The position numbers and the translations under genes were made by a program. DNA of 64,000 nucleotides, taken from the NCBI GenBank assembly GCA_902621725.1, contig CACNND010000002.1, positions 49-64,048 on the forward strand. The letters run 5' to 3'. This DNA comes from an uncultured Alphaproteobacteria bacterium (GTDB lineage Bacteria; Pseudomonadota; Alphaproteobacteria; HIMB59; GCA-002718135). The notes beneath the pieces are model-generated. The model saw only the letters and a program-made list of their open reading frames with translations. It did not search any database and was not told the DNA's origin. Shown here one piece after another: positions 29,551-40,468 of this stretch (positions are counted from its first letter, which is position 1; the number at the start of each line of letters is the position of its first letter).

Positions 29551-30369
29551 ATGCAAAAAATAGACTTTATAAAGATGCATGGGCTTGGGAACGATTTTGT
29601 TATTATAGATAAAAGGTCTAACAATATCGCAATTACTGATGATCTTATCAAAAGACTCAGTGACAGAAGAGCTGGAGCAGGATGTGATCAATTAATCACA
29701 ATTAATAAAACAAGTAATCAAAGTGCTGATGCTGAAATTGAAATTTTTAATCCTGGTGGTGATAGAGCCGAAGCTTGTGGTAATGGAACACGCTGTGTAG
29801 CAAAAATACTATTTGATCAAGATTCAAATAAAGAAATTTTAAAAATTAAATCTGATGCAGGAATATTAGAATCAAAAAAAATAGATAACAATATAAGTGT
29901 CAACATGGGTTCAATGAAAAATACTTGGGATAAAATTCCTTTAAGTAAAGAAGTCGATACAATGAATATACCAATTTCCATTGATGGATATAGTAATGGA
30001 GTTGCTGTTAATGTAGGTAATCCACATGTAGTTTTTTTTGGGAAATCGATCAAAGATACAGATCTTGAAAGCATAGGTCCTAGAATAGAAAATCATGAAC
30101 TCTTTCCAAAAAAAACTAATGTTGAAATAGTTGAAGTTATTAATTCAAATTTAGTTGAAATGAGAGTTTGGGAACGTGGAGTTGGTATCACGTTAGCTTG
30201 TGGTAGTGGTGCCTGTGCAGCTGTATATGCAGCGTGGAAAAAAGGGTTAATTGAAAATAATGCTGAAGTGAAACTTGAAAGAGGGTCACTGCATATAAAT
30301 ATAGTTAATAATGAAGCTATTATGACAGGACCTGCAGAAATAAGTTATCGGGGTAGTTTAGAAATATAA
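29551..30369 (+). CDS. dapF: diaminopimelate epimerase
   Basis: 272 aa with MHGLGNDF and the catalytic Cys motifs GNGTRC and ACGSGACA. Confidence 0.95.
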   Translation: MQKIDFIKMHGLGNDFVIIDKRSNNIAITDDLIKRLSDRRAGAGCDQLITINKTSNQSADAEIEIFNPGGDRAEACGNGTRCVAKILFDQDSNKEILKIKSDAGILESKKIDNNISVNMGSMKNTWDKIPLSKEVDTMNIPISIDGYSNGVAVNVGNPHVVFFGKSIKDTDLESIGPRIENHELFPKKTNVEIVEVINSNLVEMRVWERGVGITLACGSGACAAVYAAWKKGLIENNAEVKLERGSLHINIVNNEAIMTGPAEISYRGSLEI

Positions 30370-30372
30370 TTT

Positions 30373-31632
30373 ATGAAAAATAAAAACCATGTAGTCAATC
30401 TAGGTTGTAGATTAAATATTTATGAAGGTGAAATTATTAAAAACCATCTTAAAACAAATAATTTAAATAATGTTACAGTCATAAACTCATGTGCAGTAAC
30501 TGAAGAAGCTGAGAAAAAAGTTTCCTATGAAATTAGAAAGGCAAAAAAAAATTTTCCTAATAATAAAATAGTAGTTACAGGATGTGCGGCTCAAATCAAT
30601 CCATTAAAATATAAAGATTTAAAAGACGTAGACTCAGTAATTGGGAACACAGAAAAATTAGAAGCTTTAATTTGGAAAAATATCAATCATTCTAAAAATT
30701 TTAAAGTAGGAAATATATTAGAAGAAAGTAAAACAGTACCTAATTCAATTGAAAAATTTGAAGGAAAATCTAGAGCTTATATTGAAATACAACAAGGTTG
30801 TAACCATCGCTGTACTTTTTGTATTATTCCATTTGGCAGGGGCAATAATAGAAGTGTACCTGCTGGAGAGATAGTAAATAAAATAAAAAAAATTGTTAGC
30901 AATGGATATAATGAAGTAGTCTTAACAGGAGTAGATATAACTGATTATGGAAAAGATCTTCCAGCAAAACCGACTTTTTCTAACTTAATTAAAAGAATTC
31001 TAAAATTAGTACCTGAATTAAGACAGCTGCGTTTGTCTTCAATTGACTGCGCTGAAATAGACGAAGATTTTTGGGATGTTTTAAAGGACGAAAGATTGAT
31101 GCCACATTTTCACATAAGTTTACAGGCAGGAAACGATTTAATTTTGAAAAGAATGAAAAGAAGACATTCAAGGGAAATGGCAATTAATTTTTGTAAGAAA
31201 GTTTTATCTATTAGGAAAGATGCAACATTTGGTGCTGATATAATTGCCGGTTTTCCAACAGAGACAGAAACAATGTTTCAAGATTCAATTAAACTAGTTG
31301 ATGAATGTAATTTAACTCATCTTCATATTTTTCCATATTCACCAAGAGAAAACACTCCTGCATCTAGAATGCCACAAGTTCAAAAAAATATTATCAAAGA
31401 TAGGGCAAAGAGACTTAGAGCAAAAGGTATGGAAAGATTAAAACAACATTTAAGAAAAAATATTGGAAAGAAGGATAAAATTTTAGTTGAAAGTAGAAAA
31501 GAAAATTTTTCACTTGGAAAAGATCAGCATTTTTTAAAAGTAAAACTTGAAGAAGAGTTTAAAGAAGGAAATATAATTTCATGCATATACACAGGTGTAG
31601 AAAATGATACTTTATTAGCAAGAATAGCATGA
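30373..31632 (+). CDS. mtaB: radical SAM methylthiotransferase (MtaB-like)
   Basis: 419 aa with N-terminal UPF0004 cysteines (GCRLN, NSCAVT, TGCAAQ) and the radical SAM motif CNHRCTFC. Confidence 0.8.
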   Translation: MKNKNHVVNLGCRLNIYEGEIIKNHLKTNNLNNVTVINSCAVTEEAEKKVSYEIRKAKKNFPNNKIVVTGCAAQINPLKYKDLKDVDSVIGNTEKLEALIWKNINHSKNFKVGNILEESKTVPNSIEKFEGKSRAYIEIQQGCNHRCTFCIIPFGRGNNRSVPAGEIVNKIKKIVSNGYNEVVLTGVDITDYGKDLPAKPTFSNLIKRILKLVPELRQLRLSSIDCAEIDEDFWDVLKDERLMPHFHISLQAGNDLILKRMKRRHSREMAINFCKKVLSIRKDATFGADIIAGFPTETETMFQDSIKLVDECNLTHLHIFPYSPRENTPASRMPQVQKNIIKDRAKRLRAKGMERLKQHLRKNIGKKDKILVESRKENFSLGKDQHFLKVKLEEEFKEGNIISCIYTGVENDTLLARIA

Positions 31633-32549
31633 GTTTATTCTCAATATTTAAAGATAAGTTAAGTAAAACTTCAAATATTCTTTCATTTAATATTTTAGAA
31701 ATTTTAAAAAACAAAAAAATAGACGATTTAACTTTAGAAGAATTAGAAAATGTTCTTATTTCATCTGATATTAGTTTGGATGTTGTAAATCAGCTAATAG
31801 ATTCTATAAAAAAAATAAAAATTTCGAATGACGATGGAATAAAAAATGTACTTGAAATCTTAGCTCAAAATATAGAAAGTATATTACTTCCAAGAGAACA
31901 TGTTCTGATAAATGATAAAAATGATGAAAAAAAAATATTAATATTTGTTGGAGTAAACGGAAGTGGAAAGACAACCACTATTGGTAAAATTGCAAATAAA
32001 ATTTTATCAAATAAAAAAATTCTAATTGCAGCTTGTGATACATTTAGGGCAGCAGCTGTTGAGCAGTTAGAAAATTGGGCGAAAAAAAATAATAATGGTT
32101 TTATCGCTGGAAAAAGTAATCAAGATCCAGCAAGCATAGCGTATCAGGCAACTGAAAAATTTGGAAAAGAAAATTATGATTTTTTACTTATAGATACTGC
32201 TGGAAGATTATCAAATAATACTAACCTCATTAATCAGCTAATTAAATTGAAGAATGTTATATCAAAAGTTAATTCCTCTTTTAATATTGAAACTGTGTTA
32301 GTTTTAGATGGAACGAATGGTTCGAACATGATTAAGCAAGTGGAAATCTTTGGAAATGAACTTAATGTATCAAGTCTTATAATAACTAAATTGGATGGAA
32401 CTGCAAAAGGCGGAGCATTAATTTCAATTGCAAATAAATTTGAAATCCCTATAAGTTATGTTGGCCTTGGAGAAAGTATTGAGGATCTTGTAAACTTTAA
32501 TTCTCAAAACTTTGCTAGGTCTATTTTAAATCTAGAAGAACAAAAATGA
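31629..32549 (+). CDS. ftsY: SRP receptor FtsY
   Basis: 306 aa with GVNGSGKTTT, DTAGR and TKLDGTAKGG. Confidence 0.92.
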   Translation: MSLFSIFKDKLSKTSNILSFNILEILKNKKIDDLTLEELENVLISSDISLDVVNQLIDSIKKIKISNDDGIKNVLEILAQNIESILLPREHVLINDKNDEKKILIFVGVNGSGKTTTIGKIANKILSNKKILIAACDTFRAAAVEQLENWAKKNNNGFIAGKSNQDPASIAYQATEKFGKENYDFLLIDTAGRLSNNTNLINQLIKLKNVISKVNSSFNIETVLVLDGTNGSNMIKQVEIFGNELNVSSLIITKLDGTAKGGALISIANKFEIPISYVGLGESIEDLVNFNSQNFARSILNLEEQK

Positions 32550-33085
32550 AGTCAGTTTATAAATTATTAATTGATATAGGACCGCTTGCTGTATTCTTTA
32601 TTTTTTATACAAGAAGTGGTCTTCAAGAAGCAATACTTCCTCTTATGATTGCAACTGTAATTTCAGTAATCATTTCATATATACTTGAGAAAAAAATACC
32701 AATTATGCCAACTCTTGGGGCTGCAATTGTATTGATATTTGGAGGTCTAACAATTTATTTTGACAATGAAATTTTTATTAAAATGAAACCAACAATAATA
32801 AATATGGTCTTTGCGTTAATTTTATATGGGGGAGTGATTGTTAAAAAACCTCTTTTAAAATATCTTTTAGGTGCTGCACTCAAACTAGAAGAGGATGGAT
32901 GGAGAATATTAACTCAAAGGTGGATTGCTTTTTTTGTTGCACTTGCTGTTTTAAATGAAATTGTGTGGAGAACACAAAGTACTGATGTTTGGGTAAATTT
33001 TAAAGTTTTTGGTATCTTGCCAATTACGTTTATTTTTACAATGACGCAATTCCCTTTAATTAAAAAATATCAAATTGAAGATTAA
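32546..33085 (+). CDS. yciB: intracellular septation protein A (YciB/IspZ family)
   Basis: 179 aa, 5 TM helices, with the family-typical size and N-terminus (LLIDIGPLAVFF). Confidence 0.8.
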   Translation: MKSVYKLLIDIGPLAVFFIFYTRSGLQEAILPLMIATVISVIISYILEKKIPIMPTLGAAIVLIFGGLTIYFDNEIFIKMKPTIINMVFALILYGGVIVKKPLLKYLLGAALKLEEDGWRILTQRWIAFFVALAVLNEIVWRTQSTDVWVNFKVFGILPITFIFTMTQFPLIKKYQIED

Positions 33086-33086
33086 A

Positions 33087-34283
33087 TTAAAAATCGTTTT
33101 CTCTTAATGCTATAAATCCTGGTGATTTATTTCCCTCAAGCCACTCTAAAAATGCACCCCCAGCTGTAGATAAATATTTAAATGCATCATTAGCTTTAGC
33201 TTTTTTTATTGCTGCAAGTGTATCTCCTCCTCCTGCTAGGGCTTCTAATTTAGACTTACTTGAATATTTCTGTATAATATTTGCAACTGAAATTGTACTT
33301 TTATCAAATGGACTATACTCAAATGCACCTAAAGGCCCATTCCATAATAGTGATTTAGATTTTAATATTTCATCTGAAATCAATTTTGTAGTTTGTTCAC
33401 CAACATCTAATATCATTTTATCATTTGGAATATTATTGATTGAACAAGTCTCAACATTTACTCTATCTTCTATATTTTTTGAGCAAACAACATCAATTGG
33501 TAAAAGTATTTTGCAATTTTTTGATTCTGCTTTTTTTTGTATCTCTTTTGATAAATCAATAAAATCATTTTCTACTAAAGAAGAACCAACGTTATATTTA
33601 TTTGATAGCAAGAATGTATTAGCCATTGCACCACCGATTACTAAAGAGTCAAAAATTTCAACTAAATTTTCTAAAACTTTTATTTTTGTTGAAACCTTTG
33701 AACCACCTATAATTGCTAGATTTGGTTTGTTTGAATTTTCTAAAAATTTATCTAAATTTTCAATTTCTTTTGAAAAACTTAATCCTGCGTAAGAAGGTAA
33801 GTACTTAGTAATACCTGTTATAGATGCATGATTGCGATGAGATGCAGAAAAGGCATCATTAATATATATGTCAAAATTAGATGCTAATAATTTTGAAAAA
33901 TTAAGATCATTTTTTTCTTCTTCAGCATTAAAACGAATATTTTCTAATATACATATTTCGCCTAGATCCATTTCAGAAATTTTTCTCTCTATTATTTTTT
34001 TTTCACAGTGAGCTAAAAAATGAACTGTGTTTAGATTTAAAAATTTTTTTAATTCTAAACATAAAAACTTAATAGAATTTTTTTTATTAACTTCACCTTT
34101 AGGTCTGCCAAAATGAGCAATTAAAAATACCTTATTTTTATTTTTAATTAGTTTTTCTAGTGTTGGTAAAATTGCATGAATTCGTGAATGATCTGTAATT
34201 GTCCCTTCCAAAACTGGTACGTTTAAATCAACGCGAACAATTATTTTTTTATTTTTACAGTCTAAATCTCTTAACTCTTTCAT
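33087..34283 (-). CDS. pgk: phosphoglycerate kinase
   Basis: 398 aa with RVDLNVP, AHFGRPKG and STAGGAFLE motifs. Confidence 0.95.
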   Translation of the reverse strand: MKELRDLDCKNKKIIVRVDLNVPVLEGTITDHSRIHAILPTLEKLIKNKNKVFLIAHFGRPKGEVNKKNSIKFLCLELKKFLNLNTVHFLAHCEKKIIERKISEMDLGEICILENIRFNAEEEKNDLNFSKLLASNFDIYINDAFSASHRNHASITGITKYLPSYAGLSFSKEIENLDKFLENSNKPNLAIIGGSKVSTKIKVLENLVEIFDSLVIGGAMANTFLLSNKYNVGSSLVENDFIDLSKEIQKKAESKNCKILLPIDVVCSKNIEDRVNVETCSINNIPNDKMILDVGEQTTKLISDEILKSKSLLWNGPLGAFEYSPFDKSTISVANIIQKYSSKSKLEALAGGGDTLAAIKKAKANDAFKYLSTAGGAFLEWLEGNKSPGFIALRENDF

Positions 34284-34415
34284 TTCTATTCACATGTATA
34301 TAAAAAAAATGCTGGAAATCATTGATTTTTTTTAAAAATTTGCAGTTTTATCTTTTTTAATACATATATTTAGTATATTAAACCTTTTTTAAGCTACTAA
34401 ATGTAGTAATGGAGA

Positions 34416-34892
34416 TTGATAATGCCTTGGGATGATAATAACGTAGCAAAACTTAGAGATTTGTGGGATCAAGGTCTGCCAACGGCACAAATTGGAAAAT
34501 TACTAGGTTTTACTAAAAACGCGGTTGTTGGAAAAGCTCATAGAATTGGACTCGAAAGGAGACCATCTCCTATAAGAAGAACAGCTATTAAGCCTGATAG
34601 AAAAAAAGCGAGATCTCCGGTCATGCCAAAATTGAATTTTGAAAGCACCAAACAAACAGAGAGTATTTCAACAGAGCCTACTGTTTTTCAACCTGTCGTT
34701 AAAAATTTATTTGGTACCGCTCAAAAGAGAGGTTGTGAGTGGCCAAAAGGGCATCCTGATGAATCTGATTTTCATTTTTGTGGAAAAGATAGATTTGAAG
34801 ATAAACCTTATTGTTTAGAACATTGTGCGGTTGCATATGTTGTTCCAGAAAAAGAAGAAAACGAGAAGACAGAGTTAAATAATAGAATTTAA
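34416..34892 (+). CDS. gcrA: GcrA cell-cycle regulator family protein
   Basis: 158 aa. The N-terminus W..NNVAKLRDLWDQGLPTAQIGKLLGFTKNAVVGKAHRIGL matches the GcrA signature, and there is a C-terminal Cys/His-containing block. Confidence 0.8.
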   Translation: MIMPWDDNNVAKLRDLWDQGLPTAQIGKLLGFTKNAVVGKAHRIGLERRPSPIRRTAIKPDRKKARSPVMPKLNFESTKQTESISTEPTVFQPVVKNLFGTAQKRGCEWPKGHPDESDFHFCGKDRFEDKPYCLEHCAVAYVVPEKEENEKTELNNRI

Positions 34893-34927
34893 TAGCAATA
34901 AAAAATCTTCCTGTTATTTATTTAATT

Positions 34928-36181
34928 ATGAAAGGTGAGATAAATCATTCCGTATTTACTCCAATTTTAATTGGAGGAAGTTTAATCCTCTTAATAAGTT
35001 TTGCAATCCGATCAACCTTTGGTCTTTTTCAAATTCCCATAGCCTCTGATTTTTTATGGAACCGATCAGAATTCTCACTTGCAATCGCTATTCAAAATTT
35101 AGCTTGGGGTGTAGGCACTCCTTTGTTTAGTGCTTTTGCTGAAAAGTATGGTGATAGAAAAGCAGTTGCACTAGGCTTAATTCTTTATGCAATTGGAATT
35201 TTCATAAGTAGTACTGCTACAACTCCAGAGGCGCATCAAACTTTAAACCTATTAATTGGTTTTGGTATAGCTGGTAGTGGTTTTGGTCCAATTTTAGCAG
35301 TAGTTGGAAGAGCCACATCTCCAGAAAAAAGATCTTTAGCACTAGGTATTACAACTGCTGCAGGATCGGCTGGACAAGTAGTTGGTCCACCACTTGCTTC
35401 TATTCTATTATCATTTTTGCCTTGGTCTTCAGTGTTTGAAATCTTTTCAATTATATTATTAATAACACTGATACTTGTTCCAATTTTAAAAACAGAATTA
35501 TCAAATACTAATATTAATAATGAAAATGAAAAAATTACTGATGCTGTATTTGTTGCATTAAAAGATCCAACATACTCAATGTTGTTCTTTGGTTTTTTTT
35601 CTTGTGGCTTTCAGTTAGCATTTATTACTGCACATTTTCCTGCATTTATTGTTGAATCTAGTAGTCCAATTATAGAAGGAAGCTTAATAAGTTTAGTCTG
35701 TAATTCTGTAGAAGGTTTAGGGGCATTATCTATGGCGCTTATAGGATTGTTTAATATAATTGGTTGTTTGATTGCTGGAGCCTTAGGAAAGGGACATTAT
35801 AAGAAATATCTTTTATCTTTAATTTATACCGGAAGGACTATTGCAGCAATTTTATTTATCTTACTCCCTATTACACCAAGTTCTATTGCTATATTTTCAA
35901 TAGTTATGGGTGCTTTATGGTTAGCAACAGTTCCTTTAACTTCAGGAATTATAAGCCATATTTATGGATTAAAATTTATGGGTACATTATATGGCATTGT
36001 ATTTTTTTCTCATCAGTTAGGATCTTTTGTAGGTGTTTGGTTAGGCGGTCTATTTTATGATATCTATGGAAGTTATGATATTGTATGGTGGGTGGGTATA
36101 GGTGTTGGTGCATTTTCTGCAATAATCCATTTACCAATTAGAGAAAAACCATTATCTAATACAAAAATACAAACAGCGTAA
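34928..36181 (+). CDS. MFS-type transporter
   Basis: 417 aa, about 12 TM helices with a central loop. Confidence 0.75.
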   Translation: MKGEINHSVFTPILIGGSLILLISFAIRSTFGLFQIPIASDFLWNRSEFSLAIAIQNLAWGVGTPLFSAFAEKYGDRKAVALGLILYAIGIFISSTATTPEAHQTLNLLIGFGIAGSGFGPILAVVGRATSPEKRSLALGITTAAGSAGQVVGPPLASILLSFLPWSSVFEIFSIILLITLILVPILKTELSNTNINNENEKITDAVFVALKDPTYSMLFFGFFSCGFQLAFITAHFPAFIVESSSPIIEGSLISLVCNSVEGLGALSMALIGLFNIIGCLIAGALGKGHYKKYLLSLIYTGRTIAAILFILLPITPSSIAIFSIVMGALWLATVPLTSGIISHIYGLKFMGTLYGIVFFSHQLGSFVGVWLGGLFYDIYGSYDIVWWVGIGVGAFSAIIHLPIREKPLSNTKIQTA

Positions 36182-36185
36182 TTTT

Positions 36186-36308
36186 ATGGATGAAAAAAAA
36201 ATTATACGAAACTTAATTATAGTAATTTTTTTCTTAGTTATTATTTATTCTTTAGCTAGAGTTGGTGTAGGTTTAGATCTTAGCTTTGGGCCTTATTTAA
36301 AAGAATAG
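36186..36308 (+). CDS. 40-aa single-TM micro-ORF (MDEKKIIRNLIIVIFFLVIIYSLARVGVGLDLSFGPYLKE)
   Basis: My own translation. The ATG lies 5 nt after the MFS stop and the ORF fills the spacer before the convergent aminopeptidase gene. There is no other support. Confidence 0.25.
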   Translation: MDEKKIIRNLIIVIFFLVIIYSLARVGVGLDLSFGPYLKE

Positions 36309-36313
36309 TAGAA

Positions 36314-37552
36314 TTAATTACACCATTCTCCTTGTTTAAATATTGGCGTTACAACTCCATCCTTATCAACACCGTCGACATCAATTTTGCCTGAACCAAT
36401 CATCCAATCAATGTGTATCATACTTGAATTACCACCTCTTTGAGTAATTTCATCTTTCGATAAGTCTTTTTTAGATTTGAAACATTTTGAGTAACACTGT
36501 CCTAGAGCTATATGAGAAGCAGCATTTTCATCAAATAGAGTGTTATAAAAAGTTATTCCTAATTGCGATATAGGTGAACTATTAGGAACTAAGGCTACTT
36601 CACCAAGTCTTCTTGAGCCTTCATCTGAATCAAGAACTTTTAATAAAACATCTTGTCCTTTAGATGATTTTGCATCAACAATTTTACCTTCTTCAAAACG
36701 AACATTAATGTCTTCTATTAATGTTCCTTGGTAAGATAGAGGTTTAGTTGAGCAAACTTCTCCACTTACTCGACTAGCATGAGGGGTTGTAAACACTTCT
36801 TCAGATGGAATGTTTGGATTACAAATGATACCATTTTGAGCTTCTGAAGCACCTCCCATCCACTCATGGTCATCAGCAAGACCTACAGTTAAAGATGTTC
36901 CAGGACCAGAGTATTTTAAAGAATGAAAATTTTTAGTATTTAACCAATCTGTTTTATCTCTTAAATTTTTGTTATGTTGATCCCATTCAGCTACAGGATC
37001 ATCTTTGATAACTCTTGAAGCATGAAATATTGCATCTCCTAATTTTTTAATTGCTTCACTATCATCAAGATCTGGGAAGACTCTTTTTGCCCATGCTTTT
37101 CCTGGCCACGAAATTATATTCCAATTAATTTTAAATTCAGTGATCCTTTCTCTTGCTGGTTTATATGCAACAGCATTAGCTTTATTTGCACGAGAAACTT
37201 TATCAGGATCAATTTCAGATAATAGCATGGGATCATCACCAGCAATAGCCATTCTAGCTGTATTGTTATCAAAAGCTTCACCCATCCCATTATAAAGCCA
37301 ATTTGCTGCAATATTGAAAGATTCATCATTTCCATACTTAAATCTAGATAATGTAATGTCAGAATCATTGAAAAGTGGGGTTACAAGTCCGGCCCCTTCC
37401 TTGTAAGCATGTTCAGCTATTTTTCTAACTAAGGGTAAAGACTCTAACGGTGCTGTTATTAAAAGGTTTTGACCCTTTTGAAGTGCAACTCCTCTTTTAA
37501 TAGATAGATGTGCAAGTTTATCAATATTTTTTGTATTTACATCATAAAACAT
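36314..37552 (-). CDS. M29-family aminopeptidase (AmpS/PepS-like)
   Basis: 412 aa with family-typical blocks (EEVFTTP, GEVALVP, IHIALG-like HIALGQ). Confidence 0.85.
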   Translation of the reverse strand: MFYDVNTKNIDKLAHLSIKRGVALQKGQNLLITAPLESLPLVRKIAEHAYKEGAGLVTPLFNDSDITLSRFKYGNDESFNIAANWLYNGMGEAFDNNTARMAIAGDDPMLLSEIDPDKVSRANKANAVAYKPARERITEFKINWNIISWPGKAWAKRVFPDLDDSEAIKKLGDAIFHASRVIKDDPVAEWDQHNKNLRDKTDWLNTKNFHSLKYSGPGTSLTVGLADDHEWMGGASEAQNGIICNPNIPSEEVFTTPHASRVSGEVCSTKPLSYQGTLIEDINVRFEEGKIVDAKSSKGQDVLLKVLDSDEGSRRLGEVALVPNSSPISQLGITFYNTLFDENAASHIALGQCYSKCFKSKKDLSKDEITQRGGNSSMIHIDWMIGSGKIDVDGVDKDGVVTPIFKQGEWCN

Positions 37553-37735
37553 GAATAATATAATTAGTTTTTATATTCTAAAAAGTCTAGAGATTTTAAC
37601 TTTAAAATTTATCTTTAATAATTTTAGAAAAAAGAACTTAAGTATTTCAAATTCTTTAATAAAATCTTTCCACAAACTCTTGTTTTTTTGCAGATATAAA
37701 AATATCAAATCTAGGCAAAAATAGTAAAATAAATT

Positions 37736-39652
37736 ATGGATTATGAGCTTTTAGATAAAATTAATTTTCCATCTGATCTTAGAGAATTTCAAAAAAAGGA
37801 TTTAAAAAAAATCTCAGAAGAATTAAGAGCCAAAACAATTGAGACTGTTTCAAAAACAGGTGGTCATCTTGGTGCAGGGCTTGGTGTCGTTGAATTAACT
37901 ATAGCAATTCACTACGTCTTTAATACTCCACATGATAAATTAATTTGGGATGTAGGGCATCAAGCATATCCTCATAAAATTATTACAGGAAGAAAAAAAA
38001 ATATTGAGACACTTAGAAAAAAAGATGGCGTGTATGGTTTTGTAAGAAGATCAGAAAGTGAATATGATCCTTTTGGTACAGCTCATAGCTCAACAGCAGT
38101 CTCAGCAGGATTAGGAATTAAGGCTGCAAAAGATATAAACAAAGACAAATCAAAAGTTATATGTGTTGTTGGAGATGGTGCATTAAGTGCAGGTCTAGCC
38201 TATGAAGGATTAAATAACGCAGGTGCACAAAAAAAAGGTTTAATTGTAATTTTAAATGATAACAAAATGTCGATAGATAAACCAGTGGGTGCTATGAGCA
38301 CATACCTTACTAGATTGCTATCATCTAAATCATATTCAAGCTTAAGAAACATAATTAAAAAAATTTCTAAAACCCTACCATCAAATCTCTCAAAGACTCT
38401 TTATAGAACTGAAGAATATTCTAAAGGTCTTATCTCTGGTGGTACTTTATTTGAGGAATTAGGTTTTTACTATCTTGGTCCAATAGATGGACACAACATA
38501 GATCATATGGTGTCAGTTCTGGAAAACATTAGAGATAATAAATTTGATAAACCTGTGTTTCTTCATTGTATTACTAAAAAAGGAAAGGGATATACTCCTG
38601 CAGAAAAATCAGAAGATAAATTTCACGGTGTAGAAAAATTTGATATTAATACTGGCAACTCTGTTAAGAAAACAAATTTAAAATCCTATTCAAATGTTTT
38701 TGGTGAAACATTAACAAAACTTGCTGAAAATGATGAGAAAATTGTTGCTATCACTGCAGCCATGATGTCAGGAACAGGATTGAAATTATTTCAAAAAAAT
38801 TTTGAAAAAAGATTTTTTGACGTAGGTATCGCTGAGCAACATGCTGTTACAATGGCAGCGGGGCTAGCTACTGAGGGTTTTAAACCATTTGTTGCAATTT
38901 ACTCAACTTTTTTACAAAGAGCTTATGATCAGATCGTGCATGATGTAGCTATTCAAAAATTACCTGTTAGATTTGCGATTGATAGAGCAGGATTAGTTGG
39001 ATCAGATGGTCCTACTCATGCTGGTTCTTTTGATATTACTTATTTAGCCACACTACCAAATTTTATAATCATGGCACCAAGCAATCAGAAAGAATTATCG
39101 AGTATGATAGAGTTATCTTGTGAAATAAATGACACACCATCTGCTTTTAGATTTCCTAGAGGAACAGGCTCTGATGAATTATTTGATAACCAACCTAAAA
39201 ATATCAACATAGGGAAAGGTTATATATTAATTGAAGGCAATGAGGTTGCTATCTTAAATTTAGGAACGAGATTGGAAAAATGTATTGAAGCGAAAAAATT
39301 TTTGAATCAAAACAATATTTATCCCACTATAGCAGATGCTAGATTTGCAAAACCATTAGATACTCAATTAATAGATAATTTATTAAATAATCATAAGTAT
39401 ATTTTAACAATCGAAGAAGGTTCTATTGGTGGTTTTTCATCTCACGTTTTACATTATATCCATAATATAAGGTCAAAAGAAAATAATGTTGTAATAAGAA
39501 ACTTAATTTTTCCAGATAGGTTTGTAGAACATATGACTCCAGATCAACAATATGAAGATATTAAAATGGATACAGAATCAATAATAAGAGAAATTAATAA
39601 TTTTTATGAAAATAAAATAATAGATATTAAGAATTTTAAATTAAAAGTTTAA
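37736..39652 (+). CDS. dxs: 1-deoxy-D-xylulose-5-phosphate synthase
   Basis: 638 aa with GGHLGAGLGVVELT, the TPP motif GDGALSAG...NDN and IAEQHAVT. Confidence 0.95.
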   Translation: MDYELLDKINFPSDLREFQKKDLKKISEELRAKTIETVSKTGGHLGAGLGVVELTIAIHYVFNTPHDKLIWDVGHQAYPHKIITGRKKNIETLRKKDGVYGFVRRSESEYDPFGTAHSSTAVSAGLGIKAAKDINKDKSKVICVVGDGALSAGLAYEGLNNAGAQKKGLIVILNDNKMSIDKPVGAMSTYLTRLLSSKSYSSLRNIIKKISKTLPSNLSKTLYRTEEYSKGLISGGTLFEELGFYYLGPIDGHNIDHMVSVLENIRDNKFDKPVFLHCITKKGKGYTPAEKSEDKFHGVEKFDINTGNSVKKTNLKSYSNVFGETLTKLAENDEKIVAITAAMMSGTGLKLFQKNFEKRFFDVGIAEQHAVTMAAGLATEGFKPFVAIYSTFLQRAYDQIVHDVAIQKLPVRFAIDRAGLVGSDGPTHAGSFDITYLATLPNFIIMAPSNQKELSSMIELSCEINDTPSAFRFPRGTGSDELFDNQPKNINIGKGYILIEGNEVAILNLGTRLEKCIEAKKFLNQNNIYPTIADARFAKPLDTQLIDNLLNNHKYILTIEEGSIGGFSSHVLHYIHNIRSKENNVVIRNLIFPDRFVEHMTPDQQYEDIKMDTESIIREINNFYENKIIDIKNFKLKV

Positions 39653-39682
39653 ATCTAAATATATATTTAATTAAGTTGAGTA

Positions 39683-40468
39683 ATGAAGAAAATTAAAGTT
39701 TTACATAAAAGTTTTTCTAAACCCATAAGTTGTTTGACTGCATATTCTCCTTCAATTGCCAATATATTAGACGGAGTGATTGATTTAATTTTGGTAGGAG
39801 ATTCTTTGGGCTCCACTCTCTATGGAATGAAAAATACTCAAGGAGTAACGATGGATATGATGAAAAGACATGGAGCTGCAGTAAATAAAGAAATTAAGAA
39901 AAGCTTAAAGGTTTTAGACATGCCCTATAAGACATATGAAAATAAAGTAGATGCATACAAAAATGCTAAAATATTATTAGATAGCTGTAAGCCTGATTTA
40001 TTAAAATTAGAAATAAACAAAAAAAAATTAGTTATTTTAAGACATTTAGTAAGTAAAAAAATAAATGTTATTTCTCATATAGGTGTAACACCTCAAAGCT
40101 ATAAAAACTTTAGTAAAATTAAAATTTTAGGTAGAACTAATAAAGAAAAAAATAAGTTATTAAACTTAGCAAAAGAATCTGAAAATGTTGGAGCTAAAGC
40201 TGTGTTATTAGAATGCATTACTGCAGATACCGCTAAACTTATTACAGAAAATATTTCAATACCTACTATAGGTATAGGAGCTTCAAAATATTGTGATGGT
40301 CAGGTTTTAGTATTTGATGATCTAATAAATTTAAGTACAAAAAATAAAAAACCAAAATTTGTTAAAAATTATTTGAATTTCGCTAAAATAGCAAATATTG
40401 CTGTAAAAAAATATAATAGAGAGGTAAAGCTTAAAAAGTTCCCTAGTGTAAAATTTACATATAATTAA
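39683..40468 (+). CDS. panB: 3-methyl-2-oxobutanoate hydroxymethyltransferase
   Basis: 261 aa with LTAYSP...LILVGDSLG and KLE motifs. Confidence 0.85.
   Translation: MKKIKVLHKSFSKPISCLTAYSPSIANILDGVIDLILVGDSLGSTLYGMKNTQGVTMDMMKRHGAAVNKEIKKSLKVLDMPYKTYENKVDAYKNAKILLDSCKPDLLKLEINKKKLVILRHLVSKKINVISHIGVTPQSYKNFSKIKILGRTNKEKNKLLNLAKESENVGAKAVLLECITADTAKLITENISIPTIGIGASKYCDGQVLVFDDLINLSTKNKKPKFVKNYLNFAKIANIAVKKYNREVKLKKFPSVKFTYN

Noticed and set aside
34284-34415. CtrA-type (TTAA-N7-TTAA) or DnaA boxes upstream of gcrA.
   Set aside because: No exact TTAA-N7-TTAA or TTATCCACA was found. TTAA strings are expected by chance in a spacer this AT-rich.
37114-37368. An 84-aa minus-strand ORF inside the aminopeptidase gene.
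   Set aside because: It is an alternative frame of a well-supported M29 aminopeptidase ORF.
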